A DNA stretch of 64,000 nt from the human T2T-CHM13v2.0 reference genome, Homo sapiens. The stretch lies in assembly GCF_009914755.1 (NCBI RefSeq), contig NC_060936.1. One strand, written 5' to 3'. This document shows positions 36,401 through 64,000 of the stretch, piece by piece. Below the pieces are notes generated by a model. That model did no database searches. It was not told the origin of the DNA and was given only the letters and a program-made list of their open reading frames with translations. Within the stretch, counting starts at the first letter, position 1. Each line of letters starts with the position of its first letter. Made by a program: the position numbers and the translations under genes.

Positions 36401-38766
36401 ACCTCCCAGCACTGCTGACAGTGCGCTGAGGGCAGCAGGGCGCAGACAGCCCCCAGAAATCTCATCTAGCAAGACAACGGGGCTCTGACACTCAGACGCT
36501 TCCCGCCATCACCAAACATCACGAAAGGAGAACACGACTCACACCCGGCAAGTTCTCTCTGGAGGACCCATCTTCTCACTCCCCTTGCCCCCCACCACCT
36601 AATTCCCAGCACCAAGATGAGAGGGAGGGGGTGGAATGGGAAGATTTCAGGAGAGAGAATTGAAGGGAAGGCAAGCTTTGCAGAGCCAGCAGGGTTGGGG
36701 ATGGGGGCTGCAGCCCTTAAGAGAGGTCACATTGATTGTCATATAGGGGAGGACACGGTGTGGAGGGAGGTGGGCAAGAGGGGCGTCACAAGGCCCTTTG
36801 GCTTTGAAAATAAAAATAAAAACTAAAAGCTGCACAATCCTTCTCATCAATAATGGTCATTTGGAAGCCTTGAAATGATTTAGGAACTGAGGGTTGGGAG
36901 AAGCAAAACACAGAGAGACAGGGGATCAAAAGGGACCATGAAAAGATAAGGACTTGGACAACACCCCAGGCTTCTGGAAACCAGCATGAGGTATGGTTAA
37001 AGGTATCCGTTGGGGAGGGAGGGGGTCCCTGGGACGCCCCCCTCCCCTCAGCCCACCCTTGACAAGGGTGGCAAGACATTCAGGGTATACAACTAAAAGA
37101 TGGGTAAGACTGTGAATAAAGCAAACTTGAGTAGGGGAGGGAGGCTGAAGGATCCCCCCTCAGGGGAGACCCTGTACTGTGTAAACGAAGCCTGTCCAGT
37201 TCTCAGGGGACAATACTGATGGCAGCCAAACTGGGCAAGGATGCAGTGTGGGGGCGGAGGGGGCATGACCTCTATTCAAGTTCTGTGTCTTGGCCCCTGG
37301 CTGAGGTATTGAGTGTGAGGAAGGGAACACTGGGCTGCAGGAGTGGGTCCAACTGTCCAGGAGGCTGCACTAGGAGATGGGTGGACAGAGCACTTAAAGG
37401 GACCAGGGCCAAATTCAATGCTACATTTAGAGAGAAAACTGCCCCCTCTTCACTCCAGCCCAGTTTGGCTTTTGGGGTGCGACTTTAGAAATCTTATCAG
37501 TGCAGCCCCCAGCTCAATCCCATCTTTCCTCCCTGCTGGGAAGGCAGGGACCAAGCCCCAGTACCTATTCATCTCTCTCTAGGTCAGAGCTTCTTCCTCA
37601 CACTGGAGGGGAAGCCTGGGTCCCGAGTAGCCACGGTCCCTTGTCGGCCCTGCCCCTCCTACCATCTTTGGCTTCAGATCAGGAGTGACTGGGGCAGTGG
37701 GTACTCTTGGACATAACGGAAGGTGGAGGCAGATAGGGAGCACAGATAAACTATGGGCTTGGCGGCACAGGAGGAAGAACATGGTCCCTCCCTCCATATA
37801 CATGCAAACACATGCCTGAAACACAGTGGACATACTAGGGCTGTGGTTTTGAAATGGGCAGGAAATTAATTTGTTTCTTCCCCTAAAGGATAAAACGCTT
37901 ACTTAAAAATTCATGACAAGCCTCAAAGTTCAAGGGAAGGAGAGCCAGGGCAGGAATGACCACAGGCTCTGCCCTCCCAAAAGAAGATAAAAGAAAGAAG
38001 CAAGGTTAAAGTGCGTGGTTAGGGGCCAGGCTAGGAGTGGGAGGGAATGGGGAGGGGGCAGGCTGTGGGGGCAGAACCAGCCCTTGATTTGCATATGAGG
38101 AGCCAGGGGAGAGTGCAGGATTGGGGCCCAGGTACAGTAGTTGCTGCTTCAAGTGTTTTGCATTTGAACTTTAGGGGTGATAGGGTACAGAAGTGGGGAA
38201 AAAGCTCCAGGCCCCAGTGCTAAATATCCTCCCCCCTCATCCTCTAGCTGCCCCTGAAGGGGGGAGGGGGACACCCCCAGAGTGCTCACACAGTACCAGA
38301 AATTAAGGCTTCTCACTGCTGCGGGGATGGAGGGACCGGCCGAGCAGGGAGGCAGTGATGGGTATGGAAGAAGAGGGGATCTGCCTGGCAGTAGGGGCAG
38401 GGGAGAAGGGGGACACAGAGAGGAGTCCCCAGGGAAGAGTCGGGGGAGCTGGCAGCAGAAAGAGGGAACCAAGAGATGGAGTCAAAGAGTGGGGGAGCCA
38501 GGCATTTAGCAATCATTTTGGGACACTTGGCAGAAGGGGTCGCCCTGGGGGTACCAAGGGCCTGGGGTGCTCCCTGTCAGTCCCAGACCCCTGCCAGGCC
38601 AAGATGGTGTGGCAAAGGGGTGAGCAGCTGCTCCCCAGGGCTTCCTTCCCCTCCGCCCCCTCCACCCAGTCGTGTTCTCCTTTAAAGTGCCCTAAATGTT
38701 TAGACTTTTTCTAAATAAATAGAATTAGATATCAAGCCACCGGCGGGGGAGGGACACTGGAGGGGG
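33415..38766 (-). other. ANKRD52: ANKRD52 long (~5.3 kb) Alu-free 3' UTR
   Basis: Follows the stop at 38767. By eye, no minus-strand AATAAA or ATTAAA occurs before 33447-33452. Contains many miRNA seed matches. Confidence 0.8.
33447..33455. terminator. Overlapping bidirectional poly(A) signals: AATAAA (+, SLC39A5) and ATTAAA (-, ANKRD52)
   Basis: TTTAATAAA: plus-strand AATAAA at 33450-33455; plus-strand TTTAAT at 33447-33452 = minus-strand ATTAAA. Confidence 0.75.
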
Positions 38767-53899
<15,133 letters not shown>

Positions 53900-54989
53900 G
53901 GCTCGGCCCGGGCTCCGTCCGCATCGAGCTCCCGGCGGCGGCGGCGGCGGCTCCACCGGGGACACGGAGCGGCCCAGGCGGCGGCTGCGGTGGCGGCTGC
54001 AGGGAGAGCGCGGCCCCGCCTACCGGGGGGCGGGCGAGTTGGAGGCCGCAGCGCTCCCTGGCGGCCGTCCTGGTCCCGGCGCTCCCCGCGCAAACGGACC
54101 CCGGCCGCAGCGCCCTCCGCCCCACCCTGGCGGCCCCAGCAGCCCCTGCACCCCCGAACTCGCGCGCCGGCTCCCCGGCTCACGCAGCTGGCCGCGCTGT
54201 GCTCTCCGCTCCAGTCTGGCGGCCCAAGGGGTTCCCCACAAGACCCTAGCGGAAACCTGGGCCTTAGTCCCGCGGTGCTTCCCAAACTGAGGACCGAACG
54301 GCTGGCCAGATCTTACCCAGCCCACAATGCTCCCGCCCGAGCTAACTCCTCCCGTCAGCGATTCCACACCCCGAAATCCCCCACAGACTAGGAGGAACTG
54401 GCGGGTGGAGAACTGGGAATTATGTATGGCAATAGCCCCAGAGGGAGGGAAAGCGTGTATCTCCACTGGCGGAGGCGTGAGTTCGGTAGAGAAGAAATAG
54501 CAAAAGTGCTCAAACTGCAGAGAAACCCCAAGGAGGATTCTACTGCAGAAAACACCCACAAAGAGGCCATGACAACTGGCAGCTGGAAAAGGCCGCCAAG
54601 ACCAACAGAAGGGGCATTTTCCAACTCCTTACTGATTCCATTGCAAGGTTAAAGTGGAAAACACTCAACAATTTCTCCCCAGAACAGCCTGTGGCGCTTC
54701 CCCTCCTCCAATGGAGAGGCCAGAGAGCCGTCAATTAGAGAAGAAATGAATGGAGGTCATCTCAACCCAGAAACGGAAAAAGGAGGAAGACGAAAAGTGG
54801 AGATTGAAAAATTGATACAATTTATAAAAGGTGATCCAGGGTCCTGTTCAGAGTTTCACAACTCAATACACATTGAAGAGAACACGAAATGGACGAAGTG
54901 CAGCATGCTGGCGTCCTGTCAAGGCTTTATATATAAAAATCCTCCCTTGAGGGGAGAGGAAAAAAATTAAAAAATAAAAATACATTTTA

Positions 54990-61080
<6,091 letters not shown>

Positions 61081-61403
61081 AAGAGCATTTTTTTTTTCTC
61101 CTTGAATCATGAAAAGTAGTATAGTGGTATTTAATTGCGTGGGTTTCTGTCCATGAGGTCTCACTCTTCATCAAGCGCACACTTTTCAAACAAAGATGGT
61201 TCTCTGTCCTAAGAATATCTGGTTCTTCCTACCTCGACTTCTTTCTATAAATATTAAAGGTAAAAACTATGCAGTCTTAGCCCAGAGCTTGGAATGTTAA
61301 TCTCCTTTCCCAAAAATGTAGAACACAGCACTAACCACTTGTGGAAGCTACAAAGATGAACAGTGCTTCTAACTATAAACAAGGCCGAATATGATAAAGG
61401 CTC

Positions 61404-61884
61404 TGTGATGATTGAGTGTCAACTTGATTGGATTGAAGGAGGCAAAGTGTTGTTCCTGAGTGTCTGTGAGGGTGTTGCCAAAGGAGATTAACATTTAAGT
61501 CAGTGGACTGGAAGGAAGTGACCCAGTCTCAATGGTGGGCACCATCCAATCCGCTGCCAGCGACGCTAGAAAAAGTAGGCAGGGCTAGGCATGGTGGCTA
61601 ACACCTGTAATCCCAGCACTTTGGGAAGCCGAGACGGGTGGATCACCTGAGGTCAGGAGTTCGAGACCAGCCTGGCCAACATGGCGAAACCCCATCTCTA
61701 CTAAAAATACAAAAATTAGCTGGGCATGGTGGCGCATGCCTGTAATCCCAGGTACTGGGGAGGGGGGCGGGGCGGGGGTGGTGAGGCAGGAGGATCGCTT
61801 GAACCTGGGAGGCCAAGGTTGCAGTGAGCTGAGATCGTGCCACTGCACTCCAGTCTGGGCAACAGAGCGAGACTCCGTCTCAAA

Positions 61885-61927
<43 letters not shown>

Positions 61928-62290
61928 AAGTAAAAGTAGGTGGAAGAAGCTGACTTGCTGAAGTCTTCCGGCCTTCGTCTTTCTCTCATGCTGGATGCTT
62001 CCTGCCCTCGAACATCAGACTCCAAGTTCTTCAGCTTTTGGACTCTTGGACTTACACCAGTGGTTTGCCAAGGGCTCTCGGGGCTTTGGCCACAGACTGA
62101 AGGCTGCACTGCCGGCTTCCCTACTTTTGAGGTTTTGGGCCTTGGACTGATCCACCACTGGCCTCCTTGCTCCTCAACTTGCAGACGGCCTAATGTGAGA
62201 CTTTACCTTGTGATCCTGTGAGGCAATTCTTAATAAACTCCCTTTCATATATACATTTATCCTATTCACTCTGTCCCTCTAGAGAACCTA
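61404..62290 (+). mobile_element. MLT2A-type (probably MLT2A2) HERV-L solo LTR interrupted by an Alu (~61582-61930)
   Basis: Starts TGTGATG...GAGTGTCAACTTGATTGGATTGAAGGA. 3' part TGCTGGATGCTTCCTGCCCTCGAACATCAGACTCCAAG...AATAAACTCCC...CTAGAGAACC. GGCTC flanks both sides. The Alu has TSD AAAAGTAGG. Confidence 0.85.
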
Positions 62291-62299
62291 AGGCTCTAA

Positions 62300-63130
62300 C
62301 AGCGACGTTCAGAGGATCTACAGATATCTGCGGTAGACACGCCCACGAAGTCGCCTCTGTGCCTACCTATCGGGTCCTGTGACCACAGGCGACCTCAGTC
62401 CCCGAACCATCTTTGCAGCTTCTCAAACGCACACCCCAGTGCCCTTTCTCGCCACAGGTGTGAAACTACATCTCCCGACAGGCGGCGTTGTCCCCTTCCT
62501 TCCTTCCTTCCTCTCCCAGGCCCGAGCCATGGCAACAGCGTGACGTGGGGGTACCGAGATCTGCGGGAGCAGCGGTCCCGGCTTCAGTTCTAGCCTACCC
62601 GGCAGCCTGGACGGGAGCAAGGCGAGAGGTGCTGCCGCCTCCCGTCGCCCCTGCGCTCAGAGGTCCCGAACCAGCCCAGCCGCTGCCTCTTGCCGCTCCG
62701 CCTTTGGAGTGAGGAGGGCGCAGCCCGCGTCAGAACTTAGAGGGCCAGGCAGGGTCGCGCGCATGGCCTGGGCGGGCTCGCGGCGGGTCCCAGCTGGGAC
62801 GCGCGCGGCAGCCGAGCGCTGCTGCCGGCTCTCGCTCAGCCCGGGCGCGCAACCGGCCCCGCCCCCAGGCCCTCTGCCACCGCCGCGACCAATGAGGTGA
62901 GAGGGAGGTGACCGCGGCTGAGGGCAGGGGGTCGCTGCGAACCCCGGGGTTCCGCGGTGGAGGGGTGCTATACTGGGATGCAGGCGCGGCGGGGACTGGC
63001 AGCAATCATGCCCTGGGAGCTAACGTAGAGCTTTGGATAATGCTTTTGCAAGTTGTACGAGAAGGGAAGTTCTCGGGGTGAGTGTCCAACCTCTTCTTGG
63101 CCCTCGCGGGCGCCCTGGGGTCCCCGGGGA
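62300..63130 (+). promoter_or_regulatory. COQ10A: COQ10A CpG island promoter
   Basis: CpG-rich. ZNF143/THAP11-type ACTACATCTCCC at 62465-62476; CRE-like TGACGT at 62541-62546. Confidence 0.75.
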
Positions 63131-63584
63131 CAGTGATGCTTCCTTAAAGTCTTAGCTTTCAGCAGTAGTGTAGGCCCAGTCAAAGGCAACTGGCGCTTCC
63201 CACACACCCCTTTTTCTCATCCCCCTCACCCCGCCCCCAGCCCTGTCCTTAGCTGCCCTCGACCTTTTGCACTCGTGACTCCCTGGCCAGAGAGAGCCTA
63301 GCGGGCTGCAGCAGGTGCTGGGGGGAAAGCTTGTTTGGACGACCTTCGTCTGGGATGCACTCTTCTTCTCCTTCACCTACAAATGATAGAGGATTACGAA
63401 GAACTATACGGTTGGCTCCTCTTTCCTTTGGCCTTAGGTTTCTGACCTCCTGCAGCCTCCTCTTGCCTCGGGCTGCCCAGATCTTGGCGGCTGAGGCTGG
63501 CTTACCTTCGAGCCGTTCCTTCATGGGATTTGCTGCTCCCTTCACCAACAAGCGAAAGGCTTACTCGGAGCGTAGAATCATGGG
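62763..63584 (+). CDS. COQ10A: Coenzyme Q-binding protein COQ10 homolog A, mitochondrial (5' partial, exons 1-2)
   Basis: Exon 62763-62896 ([21 protein letters not shown]...PRPMR, donor AG|GTGAGA) joins exon 63438-63584 ([14 protein letters not shown]...[12 protein letters not shown], donor GG|GTAAGC). The gene continues past the window. Confidence 0.93.
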
Positions 63585-63831
63585 GTAAGCATTCTCTGCC
63601 TTGCATCCTTGCACCTCCCTTTTCCCTCCAAATAACCCTGTCCAGGCAAGAATGTCAGGGTATCATCGGTGGGCAAGATTCATCCCTAGCCATCCCCCTC
63701 CCCAGCTACAATACTGATCCTCAGTCCTCCCCTGCCACTCTTCCGACCTTAATTTCTCCCTTCTTGGTTGCTGTGCATGTGCTTAAGTGAAATGAGACTA
63801 GGGTTGGACTATACTTTAAGACAACAGGGCG

Positions 63832-64000
63832 TAGCTGGGTGCGGTGGCTCACGCCTGTAATCCCAGGACTTTGGGAGGCTGAGGCGGGCCGATCGTTTTA
63901 GGTCAGGAGTTCGAGACCAGCCTGGCCAACATGGTGAAACCCTGTCTCCACTAAAAAAAAACACACACACAAGAATCAGCCTGGCACGGTGGCGGGCGCC
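63832..64000 (+). mobile_element. Alu in COQ10A intron 2, truncated by the window end
   Basis: Alu left arm and the start of the right arm. Confidence 0.9.

Noticed and set aside
33837-38714. Many 60-196 aa ORFs between SLC39A5 and ANKRD52
   Set aside because: They lie within the G/C-run-rich ANKRD52 3' UTR and show no exon structure or protein motifs.

Overview
This is primate genomic DNA, recognisable as the human 12q13.3 gene cluster, and it is very Alu-rich. I rebuilt five protein-coding genes exon by exon from GT/AG boundaries and reading frame: RNF41 (-, complete, 317 aa), NABP2/hSSB1 (+, complete, 211 aa), SLC39A5/ZIP5 (+, complete, 540 aa), ANKRD52 (-, 28 exons, complete, 1076 aa) and the first two exons of COQ10A (+). 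RNF41 and NABP2 lie head-to-head across a CpG island, SLC39A5 and ANKRD52 converge tail-to-tail, and ANKRD52 and COQ10A diverge. I found no new protein-coding system, and most ORF-track entries are Alu or CpG-island artefacts. The most notable non-coding structures are: (1) one 9-nt TTTAATAAA that reads as a poly(A) signal on both strands at the SLC39A5/ANKRD52 junction, next to a miR-193/miR-328-flanked stem-loop; (2) ANKRD52 intron 2, source of the known circular intronic RNA ci-ankrd52; (3) a BC200-type retrocopy upstream of NABP2; (4) an MLT2A (HERV-L) solo LTR with a DUX4-type motif abutting the COQ10A promoter; (5) uORFs in RNF41 and ANKRD52; (6) Alus that have gained G-run/GC-box tracts near promoters. 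Gene and repeat names come from recognition, not from a database search.
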